A DNA stretch of 64,000 nt from Blepharisma stoltei ATCC 30299 (Eukaryota; Protista; Ciliophora), in contig CBFDEM010000030.1 in the NCBI GenBank assembly GCA_965603825.1, positions 572,331 to 636,330 on the forward strand, given 5' to 3'. This document shows, one piece after another, positions 11,632-23,295 of the stretch. The number at the start of each line of letters is the position of its first letter. Position 1 is the stretch's first letter. The notes below the pieces were generated by a model. It was not told the DNA's origin. It ran no database searches and saw only the letters and a list, made by a program, of their open reading frames with translations. The position numbers and the translations under genes were made by a program.

Positions 11632-12570
11632 ATGCCTAAACGTAAGCGCGCGAATGATGAGGGATATGGAAGGAAAAGACAATTTTTAGGAAGGTAACCA
11701 TCATTTAGAGTTGCAAATAGAAGCAAGGTCAAGAAAGTCGAGCTGCTCAACCTTGGCGCCTTTGTCCATAAACAAGGTTGGTACAACGCTGGCTACATTT
11801 TCCCTAATGGCTACACAGCCAATGTCGAATACAAAGACATAATCGACCCAAATATCAAGATCCCTTATCTCTGCGAAATTATAGATAACGGTGGTAAGCC
11901 TTGGTTTCAAGTCACTTCTAATACAGTCAACACCACTTTTGCCGGGAAATCTCCTACAGCCTGCTGGAAGCAAATTTTAGATTGCATCAATGAAACTCTC
12001 AGATCAAGAAATCAGCCAGTGGTCAAAACTCAGGTGGCAGGCCCAGAGTACTTTGGATTAAACGACCCAAAGATAGTTGAACAAATAGAAAGCCTCGACC
12101 CTACCAAGTCTTGCGATGTGTACTGGGCTGAAAAAGAAAATATCCTTAAGGCAAGAGAATTATATGAAAATGTCCACCCAAAATCAGACAAAAAATGCAG
12201 GAAAAGGAGAAAAGAAGACGAAGAAGACGTCCGGCTAAACGAAGACGACAATAAAGAAAACTATAGAGGAGCCTGGTCTGCGATCCAGAGAAATGAAAGA
12301 TATATTCAAAGATGTGAAAAAATGGGAGCAGAAGTCCTGGTAGAAAGTGATAACCCATTGCCGGAGTATCAAGATCCTATTACTTTACAGCCGGTAATAG
12401 CGCCTGCGCTGTCACCATATGGGCATGTGGCTGGGTATTATTCGTGGACACAGGCTTTGAAAGAGACTAATGGGTACTGCCCATTCACAAAACTGCCACT
12501 ATCAATTGAATCCATCACGAAGCTAACAAAGCAAAATTTCAGTCTTTATAAAGACCATATACTTTATTAA
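11632..12570 (+). CDS. FYRN/FYRC-domain protein with C-terminal U-box-like domain (one 15-nt intron)
   Basis: ATG 11632; removing intron 11694-11708 opens the frame into track ORF 12019..12570. GYIFPNGY...CEIIDNGGKPWF (FYRN), GKSPTACWKQI...GPEYFGL (FYRC), YQDPITLQPVIAPALSPYGH...CPFTKLPL (U-box-like). Confidence 0.85.
11694..11708 (+). other. 15-nt spliceosomal intron GTAACCATCATTTAG
   Basis: GT-AG, A at -6; retention gives an in-frame TAA. Confidence 0.85.
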
Positions 12571-12608
12571 TTAAACTCGTTTTACTAGTAAAAATATAAT
12601 AAAACTGT

Positions 12609-13367
12609 TTATCTGATATAAATTTGTAGCCCAGAAATCCCCCAGCTTTTCTCACATGGCTGCTGTTCTAAGGTTGAGCCAAAAGAAATTATCACGCTGC
12701 TGTCAGAATGGTCAATTTTTATATCAACTGCGATTGAAAATTTTCCTTCACCTACATCATCTTCTCCACAGATATTCATAGGGTCTTTTGAGGAGTTTAC
12801 ATCATAAGACTGGGTCCAGACAGTCTCCATGTCATCAGATGACCCAATTTTTAAATAAGCAGTTTCGCCACGCCATTCATCTATCATATGGTAATTTGCT
12901 TTAACTCTTAACTGTGAATGCTCTGGCAGGTCTTTAAACTCTTTCCACGATTCTCCAGCTGAAAACTGACAGTAACCTCCTAGCATTCTGACGCCTCCAC
13001 ATTCAGTAATGGTTTGGTTGCTCCATCCTTCCCCTTCGACTCCTTCAAAAGCATCATAATGAGTCAGTGCCCACTGGTCTACATTTGTAAGGATCAATTT
13101 ACCTCCAAAAGTCAATGAGGCTTCTGTCAAAACACTGACCCCAAAATGAGTTTTTCTGTTGTCATCGAAGTAAAGAGGTGCATAGTCACGACAAATAAGC
13201 CCAAATGGATATGTTGAATTGAAAACGCCTAAGCGACAATTTCCATCACCGTTTATTAGCTTGATTCCTGCATTTCCTTCAATAGTTAGCTCTTGTGGCT
13301 CTAGAAGGTATGAGTAGAGCTCGGAAGCTAACGATAAGCTTAATAAGGTAAATAGATAAAATTTCAT
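12609..13367 (-). CDS. Secreted Cys-containing beta-rich protein of unknown function
   Basis: Signal peptide MKFYLFTLLSLSLAS; intact 252-aa ORF with spaced Cys and Trp. Confidence 0.75.
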   Translation of the reverse strand: MKFYLFTLLSLSLASELYSYLLEPQELTIEGNAGIKLINGDGNCRLGVFNSTYPFGLICRDYAPLYFDDNRKTHFGVSVLTEASLTFGGKLILTNVDQWALTHYDAFEGVEGEGWSNQTITECGGVRMLGGYCQFSAGESWKEFKDLPEHSQLRVKANYHMIDEWRGETAYLKIGSSDDMETVWTQSYDVNSSKDPMNICGEDDVGEGKFSIAVDIKIDHSDSSVIISFGSTLEQQPCEKSWGISGLQIYIR

Positions 13368-13471
13368 ATATAAATGAAAAACGAATAGGATTTTTTGACT
13401 GAGACTTTTTATGCAAAATTAAGGTTTCAATAATAAAATTATTATTTTCAAAGATCATTATAGCCATTTGG

Positions 13472-14275
13472 CTATTTTTTCATCAATAAAAGTCTAGAAA
13501 ACTGTTTTTTCAAGTTTGAAAGCTCATCTTGCTTCTTTTTTACTTCGTCTCGAATATTCATAGTAAGTCTTTTTACTTTTCTCCTTCTTCTAACTGTATT
13601 TTTTTCAGCTGCAGGGCTCACACATGCAGTTGCCGATTTTTTATGTATTTTTTGTTGATTTTTGCTTATAGGCGATATCAGTCCGTCTTCGACTTTTTTC
13701 ATTTCGCTTTTCTTTCACTGTATTGGGGACGTATAATATGTATGATTATAAAGGATTTTATCCAAATTTTTTGATACTAAATAATTCAAGTGTCTAGCAT
13801 GGTCATGCTTATAATCAGGACTTTGAAGTGTTTCTATATAATCTGACGCAAATGTTGCGCTTTGCTTGTTTTTAAACCCAAACTCTCGTTTGCTCTGCTT
13901 TAGAGCATTTCTTATATCTGAATCGTATAGCATTGATGTGTAAATGTATTTTTTCTTCCCAGGATCATTATCTTGTAAAAGACTTAAAATGTATTTTTCG
14001 CGTTGGATTCGCTGGAAATCGTTAAGTTCGTGTTTTTTCTTATAAATCATCTGTTTACCTGCTAGGTATTCTTGCGATTGAGTGAAATGTGGTCTTTTCA
14101 GTCTTGAGAAATTGTCGATATTTCTAACTAACCTTTTCATTCTTGTGTTTGTTTCTTTAATTTTTGATAAGCAATTATTGATATCTAAATCAATATCTCT
14201 GAATTCGCAATTGTCAGGGCTTAAGGAATCTTTTTCACTTGGAGTTGTTCTTATTAGCAGCTTTTTATGGTCCAT
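13472..14275 (-). CDS. Basic hypothetical protein, 267 aa
   Basis: Track ORFs 13715..14275 and 13472..13702 are in frame, linked by TGA(W)-K-K-S-E; ends in TAG. Confidence 0.75.
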
Positions 14276-14915
14276 GATATTTTTATAAAAAACATTTGTG
14301 CTGAAAATATTATTATACTGAAGAAATACCTGGTATTTAGGCTTTTCGGTCTCATAGTATTAATATATTTTATTTGTTTTTTTATAATTCTCTGATCTGC
14401 ATCTAATTTATATTATTCGTATCCATTAGTATCCAAATTATCCAGTAAAAGAAGCAATTTCTTTAACTTCTATGTATATAATATTTTCCTCATTTTATTA
14501 TAATATATAATAAATTTTGTTTAGATAGATTTAAGGTTATTATACTTATGCTAATATATTTATAACGATGGTATTTTCGTAGGCTTAATTTCAAGAATAT
14601 ATTTCACTATGCGTAGCTAATTTCATATTTAATATTCAAGACATCTTAAAGAGAATCAGATTGCATCATAATAAAATATGAGGCATTTTTCTGCTAAGGA
14701 ATCAACAGTGTTAATTTTCTAAAAAATAGGAGTATGAAACTCTAAAACCATTGCAAATTTTCCATTTAAATGACCTACAATTTTTAATTTGCTCTATATA
14801 CCTTTTAACTTTTTTTATATAGGAAAACTCCTATATTTTGCTTATATCTAGATCAATACTGCGATCGTAACTTAAACAAATAATATTCCTTAATAATTAA
14901 ATTTATTAAAAACAT

Positions 14916-15401
14916 ATGAGTAGCTTCACTATGGTTTATTATCATATCCCTGAAGATTATGATGATCCAGAACAGCCAAACGCATTTGGAATTCCTAAAA
15001 GCATAGAGGAAATAACTCTCACTGATATCAAAAAAGCTTTTCCGGTTGAAGGTAGTTACCACTTCAGATTTAAAACATCTCACAACAAAGCGATTATTTG
15101 GATGGATTTAAGCCATGAAGACTGCAAAGTTCCATTATATATGAACAGAATTATTACAAAAGTCACAAGAATAAGCTGGGAAAGCCAGCCTCAGCATTCT
15201 CCTAAACGACAGGATTCATTTAACCAGCAAATTCCAAGACAAGAGCCATTCTCTCAACAGATTCCTCAAAAGCCAGTACAACCTCAGTCTCCTCCACCTA
15301 AGGTGTCACCTTCATTGAATATATTTGAGCCAGAGCCAGCCAGTCAGCATGTTAACAGGAAACCAAATGAAGCTCAATTTGATTTTTTATTCCCAAGCTA
15401 A
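14916..15401 (+). CDS. DIX-domain protein with Q/P-rich tail
   Basis: TMVYYHIPED...ITLTDIKKAFPVEGSYHFRFK...WMDL...VPLYMNRIITKV matches the DIX consensus. Confidence 0.8.
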   Translation: MSSFTMVYYHIPEDYDDPEQPNAFGIPKSIEEITLTDIKKAFPVEGSYHFRFKTSHNKAIIWMDLSHEDCKVPLYMNRIITKVTRISWESQPQHSPKRQDSFNQQIPRQEPFSQQIPQKPVQPQSPPPKVSPSLNIFEPEPASQHVNRKPNEAQFDFLFPS

Positions 15402-15459
15402 TCCAAAAAAAAATTTAATAAAATTCAATAAAAGAAAGAAATAGCGCTATAATTTTAAT

Positions 15460-15810
15460 ATGGGATGCTATTGTTCAGGGGAAGATCGACATAGTGATTT
15501 TCATGGTTGTGTAAACCCTTTTGTTCAGGTGGTTAATGACCAAATTAAAGAATATGATGTAATTATATATTCAAAATCGAAAGATGAAAAGTCCTTTGAA
15601 GCGAAAAACTTATTGCGAAAATATTCCATTGCATTTGAGTACTTTGAACTTGACAAATTAAACGATGATAACCAAGTCCACTGTGTTTTAGTAGAGTTAA
15701 CAGAAAAAAGGCACCCTCCTTATATATTTATCAATGGGAAATTTTGGGGAGGCATAGTTGAGCTACAAAAAGGGTTAGAATCAGGAGAAATCAAAGCATT
15801 ATTAGCATAA
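15460..15810 (+). CDS. Glutaredoxin-fold protein lacking the CxxC site, with predicted N-terminal acylation
   Basis: VIIYSKS...FELD...PYIFINGKFWGG gives the Grx fold; KDEKS replaces CPYC; N-terminus MGCYCS. Confidence 0.8.
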   Translation: MGCYCSGEDRHSDFHGCVNPFVQVVNDQIKEYDVIIYSKSKDEKSFEAKNLLRKYSIAFEYFELDKLNDDNQVHCVLVELTEKRHPPYIFINGKFWGGIVELQKGLESGEIKALLA

Positions 15811-15854
15811 GTATTTTAAATTCTTATAATTTTACATGAAAGTAATAATTTAAA

Positions 15855-17054
15855 ATGGATTTCGATAATAGAGACAATATCTGGGAAGAGCTTTTGCAGC
15901 ACAAAGCAGACCTAGTTCAATCATTTAATAAATCAAACTGCTGCAAAATATGCTTGTGCTTAGAACTTTTGAAATTTTCAGTATGCCAAGAAGGCTGCTA
16001 CCCTCAGGGTGTTGAAGATTCTCTTTTGATTTCCCGGCTTCTTGACGGAATTTTAGACAGAAACTCTATATCTCGCATATCTGAATCTTTACAGACTCAT
16101 TTTTCCAATATTTCATCTACAATTTCCTCACAAGCTAAGCTTGAAGAATTAGAATCCTCCTTAAAAAAATGCTCTGAAGAATTTCACGCTATTTCAGTCC
16201 TAGATCTCCCATCCCAGCTTGATAAAATCAAGAAAAATCTCGCAAATTCTGAAAATATCCCTCCAATTTCTCTAGAATGCACCCAAAAATTAGAAGAATT
16301 AGAAAAAAGATTAGCCCAGTACGAAGAAAGCCTTAATAATTTGACTAGAGAAAACGCAGAATTAAAATCAAAAATCCAAAGAGCAACAACATTATATGAG
16401 ACTTGGATGAAAAGAAGGAAAAATGAAATAGTTTCAGAGTATATGCAGATTAGGGATGAACAAGACAGGCTAAGGAATTATTTGCATGGGGTAAAAGAGC
16501 AAATTGAGAAAAATTCAGAAAGCATTGAGAAGCTCAAAAGAGAATGCATAAGACCAGAAACTAAAACTCAATTAGAAGAAATTATAAAAGAATACCAGAA
16601 TTACAAAGACATTTGGAATCAGCAAAAAATCTCGTTTGACACTTCTATGTCCTCGATAAAAAAGCTTTCAAATGGCGCCCAGGAGTCTTTAAAAGATCTA
16701 GACCAAACATGAAAAGAAATCCAATTTATTAAAGCAAGGCAAGATAACTTAAAAAAGTGGCAAAAAGAGTGCAAAGAAATTTCAAAGCATTCTGATAATT
16801 TACTAGTAGCTGCAGATTCAGTGTTTTCAAGCCAGCAAGAATTCAAGGATTTCCAGCAGAATATTTTAGAAAAACTAGATAATTTGAGATCTGAAGTAGA
16901 AGCTATGAAAGGGCAGCGAGAAATATATAGACCGAATTACTATGAAAGAAACGTAGATGAGGATTATTTTCATAATGGAAGTTTAATTGGGAATTCGTGG
17001 ACTTGCTGCAAAAGGGATCAATATTCACAAGGCTGCCAAAAACGCCAAAGATAA
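15855..17054 (+). CDS. Coiled-coil protein with C-terminal Btk-type zinc-finger-like motif, 399 aa
   Basis: Track ORFs 15855..16712 and 16821..17054 are in frame through one TGA; C-terminal YFHNG...WTCCKRDQYSQGC. Confidence 0.75.
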
Positions 17055-17104
17055 TAATGATTAATTTATTGATTTTTTATATTTTCTTAAATTTTAGAAT
17101 TTAA

Positions 17105-18133
17105 ATGGAAGTTTCAAATCTTTATGACCTTTTAGGAATTGCAAGAACTGCCTCACAAGAAGAAGTAAAAAAAGGATATAGAAAATCATGCTTAGTCCAT
17201 CATCCTGACAAAGGTGGAGATCCAGAAATGTTTAAGGATATATCAAAAGCATTTGAAACTTTGTCAGATCCGAGAAAAAGGGCTTTATATGACCAACAGC
17301 TGGATAGGACAAATTCTTCTGATGGGGCAAATCCACAGCCAAGATCTGATAAGCGCCAAGCTACAAAAAAACAAAAAACACAGCCTGGCCCTCCACAGTC
17401 TGAATCTGGCCCAAGCGAAATTCCGCAAAATCCTGAAAATTTATCTGTAAAAGAGCTTAAAAGCTTATTAAGCTCACTTGGCATAAGGCATGATGACTGT
17501 GTAGAAAAAGCTGAACTTTTGCAGAGACTGAGGGAAAGAAAAAACAAAGCCAAACGAAAAACTGCTACAAACCCATCATCCATCAGCCAATTAGCTATAA
17601 AAATCCTTAGCATTGGTGATCCAGAATGTGGTAAATCTTGTATAATTAAAAGATACTGTGAAGGAAGATTTGTGAATCGTTATATTTCTACTATTGGTGT
17701 CGACTATGGTGTCAAAAAACTTACAATACAAAATGTAAAAGTCGCTATTAATTTTTTTGATTTATCTGGGCAGCAGGATTACGAAGAAATAAGGAGAGAT
17801 TTTTATAGAGACTCCCAAGGAGTTTTACTAGTTTTTGAACTAAATGACAAAAACACGTTTAATAATTTGACAAGATGGGAAAGAGAAGCCAGAAGCAATG
17901 GACTTAACTTGCAAGAAGTCGATGTAGTCGTGTGTGGGAATAAAGTAGATTTAAATGGAAGAGAAGTTACAGCTCAAGAAGCAAATAAATGAAGCTCGAG
18001 CAGAGGGTATAAATATTTCGATGTAAGTGCTAATAATGGACAAGGGATTTCTGAAGCTTTAGATTCATTGTTTGCAAGTGTAGTTTCAAGGAATTTGAGG
18101 AATAGAGAATCACTGCTGTCAAGTTTAATATAA
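17105..18133 (+). CDS. RJL-family Rab-like GTPase with N-terminal DnaJ domain, 342 aa
   Basis: J domain with HPDKGG; GDPECGKS, TIGVDYG, FFDLSGQ, GNKVD. Reading TGA 17990-17992 as Trp adds the missing G5 motif (YFDVSA); TAA at 18131-18133. Confidence 0.88.
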
Positions 18134-18529
18134 TTCTGTTAGAATAGTCTACGAAAATATTTTGATAAATGAAGTCAATGGCCTATGTGAGTAATTTCTA
18201 GTAAAAATATCAATGCTTAATCTGCTGATTTTTATTTTTTTTTGTAAGGGTTTTAAAGAAGGCTAATTTTTCTAATTATCGTTCTTAATTTTATATCCTT
18301 TTTATAATATTTTATAACTATATATAATTTATAGCACATAAAAGCAAAAATCGTGCTAAATCTTGATTAAATATAAAATTCATCAAAGGAAAAATTTATT
18401 CTATTCCCCAATTTTTTTACCATCCATACAATGCCAATAATTTATGGCCTTGGTGATTGCTTTGAATCTTCTCCAATTAGTGAATACAATTAAATTATTA
18501 CTTACAGCACTTTAATTACATATAAACAC

Positions 18530-18757
18530 TTATCTGATAGCGTGAAGCAGCTGGGATACTTCAACACTCGTAATTTCCTTGCTTACTCGTCGTCGATTAT
18601 ATAAGGCATTTTGGTCCAGCTTCAGAGAAGGAGCCTTTTTAGCTTTGACTATTAACAACTTTCTTCGCTCTTCTTGAACCGTAGCTGGATCATTCTCTTT
18701 AGTATCCACCACAGAGTGGTTCGCTTTACTTGACTGTTTTCCTGCACAAACTCCCAT
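18530..18757 (-). CDS. Small predicted N-myristoylated/palmitoylated protein, 75 aa
   Basis: MGVCAGK start; GC-richer ORF between AT-rich spacers. Confidence 0.6.
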   Translation of the reverse strand: MGVCAGKQSSKANHSVVDTKENDPATVQEERRKLLIVKAKKAPSLKLDQNALYNRRRVSKEITSVEVSQLLHAIR

Positions 18758-19117
18758 ATTTTTATAAATTTCCATTCAGGTGCTTAAAATGAAGTCGAAA
18801 TCTGAGCCACGATAATGAAAATCAAAAATAATAAAAATAAATAGAATTTTGGTTTCAAAAAGGGAACTTTCTACGTCTCTTGATAAACGATTAATTAAAA
18901 AAAATCTAAATTTTCGAATTCTTTATTTTTGAATTTTAAAATCTGAAACCCTATAAAAATCAACGAATTTAAATAAAAAAGTTAAATTTATAACTATGAT
19001 ATTAAAGCTCTGTATTTAGCAATAACTTTTGATGATATCATAATCATTTTATTAATTTAAAAAATAATGAGGTTAATTATCCAGTGAATTTGAAAATTTG
19101 TTTCATTTCAATAGAAA

Positions 19118-20152
19118 TTAAGCTAGTGAAAAATCCAGTAATAATTCTGGCCCAAGCTGTGCGTTTATTAAATTTAATTGCTTCCCTGATGAAAAGTGTT
19201 CAGGTAAATAGTTAGAAACTGGAATATCATCACTCAGCAATCCCATAGCTTTGTATGCAGATGCTACTAATTCTGAGCAGAAAAAGCCTTCTTCGTTGCT
19301 ATCTTCCTCTTTTTTGCCTTTTTTTGAGCTCTTTCGGGGACTTGCTGTAAGCATTTTGCCTTCTACCTCTTTTAAAAAAATCTCCAAATTTTCCATTGCA
19401 GGTTCGTTTCTATCAAATTCTAAGCTTCTATATACAATTCTTTTATACTTTTGATTTTCATGGTTTTCCATAAAATCCTCCCACATATTAATTCTAACCC
19501 CTTGCTCTTCAGTCTCAATAATCCCAATCTTCCCATTTCCTCACTTCAATATCATTGCAATATAATCATACTTGCTTCTTGTGATCCCTCTTTTTAGTTT
19601 GGCTTTCAGACTTTTGCTTTTAAATAGCAGCAAATCCCCAGTCCTCGCGTCTTCTTTTAGCTTTTCTTCACTTATTCTTGGGGTTTTCCAAAACTTGTGT
19701 TTAGGCTTATCAATGATTTTACTATTCCTAAAACCATCAGAAGCCTCAATATGATAGATTAAAGCTAAAGCCCAGTCTTTATTTTCAGTTTCATTTTTAC
19801 CTCTTAGCCGAAAAGGCTTAGTAGAGCCAAAAGGGGTTAGGGTTATTTCGGCAGGATTGTCAGGGTTGTCTACATTTAAATCAACAGTGACTAAATCAAA
19901 ATTTATAGAAAGCTTGGGCTGGCTGCTTTCAGGCTTGTTGTAGTAATAAAGAGTTTTGTCACGAAGAACGAAATATCGCCGCTGTCAGCGATGAAATAGG
20001 TGATGAGATCTTTTTTGAAGCCAGCCTGATTTTTCAGGGAGACTCAGGCTGGAGCGGGTAGAAATAGAATGAGAAGGTTCAGAAGCTGTAGGTCTTAAAT
20101 TTCTTTTTGGGGATTCACAATCTTGAGGAATTGATATACTTGCTGATTCCAT
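19118..20152 (-). CDS. PH domain plus permuted papain-like (NlpC/P60, YiiX/YaeF-type) domain protein, 344 aa
   Basis: ATG 20152, two TGA=Trp. KSGWLQKR...R(W)QRRYFVL...KDWALAL (PH); TGDLLLFKS...SKYDYIAM...FFCSELVASAYKAMGLL. Confidence 0.85.
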
Positions 20153-20315
20153 TTCTGCTTATGATTTTGGATAAAATAATGCAATTTTTTAATTATAGGG
20201 ATAGCAAATATATTCTTTATATCTGCCTATTAAATAAGATATGTGGCTGTAGCCAGCACAAAAATAAGCTTGCATTATAATTGCTAGGAAAATTATATGA
20301 ATTTGATTAATTTAC

Positions 20316-22880
20316 CTAAAAAAAGTCTTTTTGTCCATCCAGCTCATTCACCATCTCAGTGTTCGCTAATGGTTCTGCATTGATAATTTCTCCCTCAATC
20401 TCTGCATACTTAAAGTAGCTTGTAGTATCATACGGTAAAACAGGCTTTGGTAACTGAATTGAGCTTAGAGTTAGCTGATTTAGTGGCCCTTCAAAAATCG
20501 CTTCTTTTTCGCTCAAAAAGTTCAATAAAATATTCCATAGCTGGTCACCAGAAAACAGCCCTGCATTTCCACAAATAATAAGACCATATTTAGCCCTCGT
20601 CAACGCGACGTTTATTCTTCTGAAATCAGCTAAAAACCCAAGCTTTGAACTTCCATTAGACCTAACAAGTGAAATGACTATAAAATCTTTTTCTTTCCCT
20701 TGGAATTCATCAATGGTGGAAACTGATAAATCTTCATACTTCTTTTTCCCTAAAGTGCCTTTATGGTACAAATATGAAGAAATAAAAGACTTTTGGCCTT
20801 GATAAGGCGTAACAACTCCGATATTATTAGCTTTGATTTTCGCCTTCAGCAGCTGAGTTACAATAATTTCAATAGTTTTTGCTTCTTCTCTATTTATAAA
20901 CGATTTCCCAGTCGCTGATTGCTCTTCACTACCTATGATATTATAGAAGAAAATCGGTGTTTTTATATTGGTCCAAAAAGAAGCAGTCCCATAATATTGC
21001 CTCAACTGGCTTGTAACTCCGTTTATTAGCGAGTTATTATAAAAATGAATATTGGAAAACTCTGAAATTGATGGATGCATTCTGTACTGAGTGTTCAAAA
21101 AGCAGGACTCTACGCCCAAACGTATAAGCCTTTCAAATAAAGAATGGTTATAGCCTGCTTTTGTGGATAGTCCTGCAAAAGATATAGGGCCTAATTGGCA
21201 GTGGTCGCCGACCATTATGACTTGTTCAGCACATGCAAGCATAGGAAGCAACGATTCAGGCTCAGTTGCTAAGGTAGCGTCATCAATTAAAACTCTTTTG
21301 AACTCGAAGTCTTCAAGTCTTTTGTCAAAAGCTCCTATACAGGTTGTAACAATGACTTCAGCCTCACTTAATAATCTATCAGAAGTATTGTAGTATAGCT
21401 TTGTATGCTTTTTTCTTTCTGCAACAGTGAGTTTTGATCCTTCATCAATTTTGTCTTGAAGCTTTTTGTAGTCACGGTCGCTATTTTTATAGATTAAATT
21501 GTGTAGTGCAAGATGGTCAGTTTCAGATTTGAGCGCTTCTCGGCTTCTTGCTACAACTCTTAACACCTTAACACCACACGATTCTAGACGTAAGGCAAGC
21601 TGGTCTGCTGCATTATTAGAAGGAGCGCATGCAAGAATTTGTTCATTAAATTTTTTTAACATGTGGTAAATGATGGCTACAGAGGTTGAAGTTTTGCCTG
21701 TCCCTGGAGGTCCTTGTATCATCATAAATTTAGACTTTAAAGCAGCCCTCACCGCTTCTGTTTGATGATGGTTAAGTGCCTTTTGATTTGGAGGCGTCAA
21801 ATTGTTAGGCAATTTTACCTTCCTTTTGATTTTTTCTCTGTCTTGTCCTAATATAGTTCTTCCTATATAAGTGTCCATGTATCCATGCTCAAACATTCTT
21901 AGACCATTTATCATTCTTATATAAGTATCATTTCCTTCAACAAATTTCAGTGTAAACCCTTTTGTTTTTTTGGGTAGCCCTTCATGATTTCCTATGATTT
22001 TCAGAGTAACTTCATCTTCTGCATTATAAGCGAAAATTATCCCAATCCAAAACTCCTTTTGTTTCTTGTAAAATAGTTTCACTTCATCTCCTATTACGAG
22101 TCTTACATCTGTGTTTTCTCTAGAAACCACAAAACGGGCTAAAATATTCTTTTTGTCTCTGAGATCCCAAGTGATAACAAACCCACTGATCACTTGTTGG
22201 GATTTTCTCATTTTTTCTAAGTTTTCTTCTATCCTAACTAGTCTTTCAAAAATATCCACATACTCTCTAGCACTTTTGTATCTTAATTGAACTTTGTTTA
22301 CTGGGGGCAACTCTGGTTCTGGATCTTCTGGATCTAAGCCTTTTTTGACGTTTTTTTCAATGACGGCGATTTTTTTCATTGAAATATTGAGAGCTTGAGA
22401 AAGTTCTGTTTGGTTAGATTTTACTAACAAAGAAGTAATGGATCTCTCTGATATGCAAGGTTGTCATCCTGCTAAATCCCACTGATCTTCTTGTAGCTTA
22501 GAGTTCAGTCCACACGGATTTCTGCACAAATACTTAATTTCGTTGCTGGAGCGTGAAAGTACAATCCCTAGCAAGAAAATGTTTTGTTGGGAGCATTCTG
22601 CACATTCAATAGGAAAACCACTGAAGCTATTACTAGGATGTAAAGCGATTTTTTTATGCCCAGCTTTGGTTAAGTGCGCCACAATGTGGGAATCCGACAC
22701 CCCTTTCACTGACGAGTTGCAATACCAAGCACATTTCTCAAAAGTGCATCTTACTAAGGAACTTGGGTCACTATTTTTGCAGTAGATACAAGAAATTTCT
22801 TCAATATTGTCCCAGTCGTTTTCGTTATGGCTCTCACTGCTTAAGGATTCTTGGTAGACATCTGTTCAATCTTCTGACAT
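20316..22880 (-). CDS. UPF1: UPF1-like SF1 RNA helicase (divergent paralogue), 854 aa
   Basis: N-terminal CH zinc domain (CIYC...WYCN...SHIVAHL...ECAEC...LCRNPC...(W)QP), IQGPPGTGKT, GDHCQLGP, QYRMHP, FQGKEKD, RINVALTRAK; two TGA=Trp join the track ORFs. Confidence 0.9.
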
Positions 22881-23295
22881 TTATATTTAGAACGGGCCCC
22901 TAATCAGAAATAAGGGCACTTTGGAGGGAAATGTATAAAGAGCTATTGGGGTGTTAGATGAAATTATTCAAATATAAAACCGCCAAATTAAAAATAATAA
23001 TTTTAAAAGTTTAGTCCTTTGGATTGATACTTTATTGCTTTGATATATTTTGTGGAACTTTTATAAAAAAAGAAGCAATTTCACTTTGCTCTATGAACAA
23101 AATGAATGCTAGAACTTAAATTTTATTAGTCGGAAAAATTATGAATATAGCCAGCCACATCTTTTTTATCAACCAGTGCCCTGCTTTTATAGAAATTTCC
23201 TATTAATATTTAATAAAAACCCATAATTTTTCTTACTTGCATTTTCTATATGAAATGTATACTTAATTATTAGAAGTTACTCTTAAGTTCTAGAC

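Noticed and set aside
19832-19846. GGGGTTAGGGTTA telomere-like sequence
   Set aside because: Lies inside PH-domain coding sequence and does not match the 8-nt repeat of this genome.
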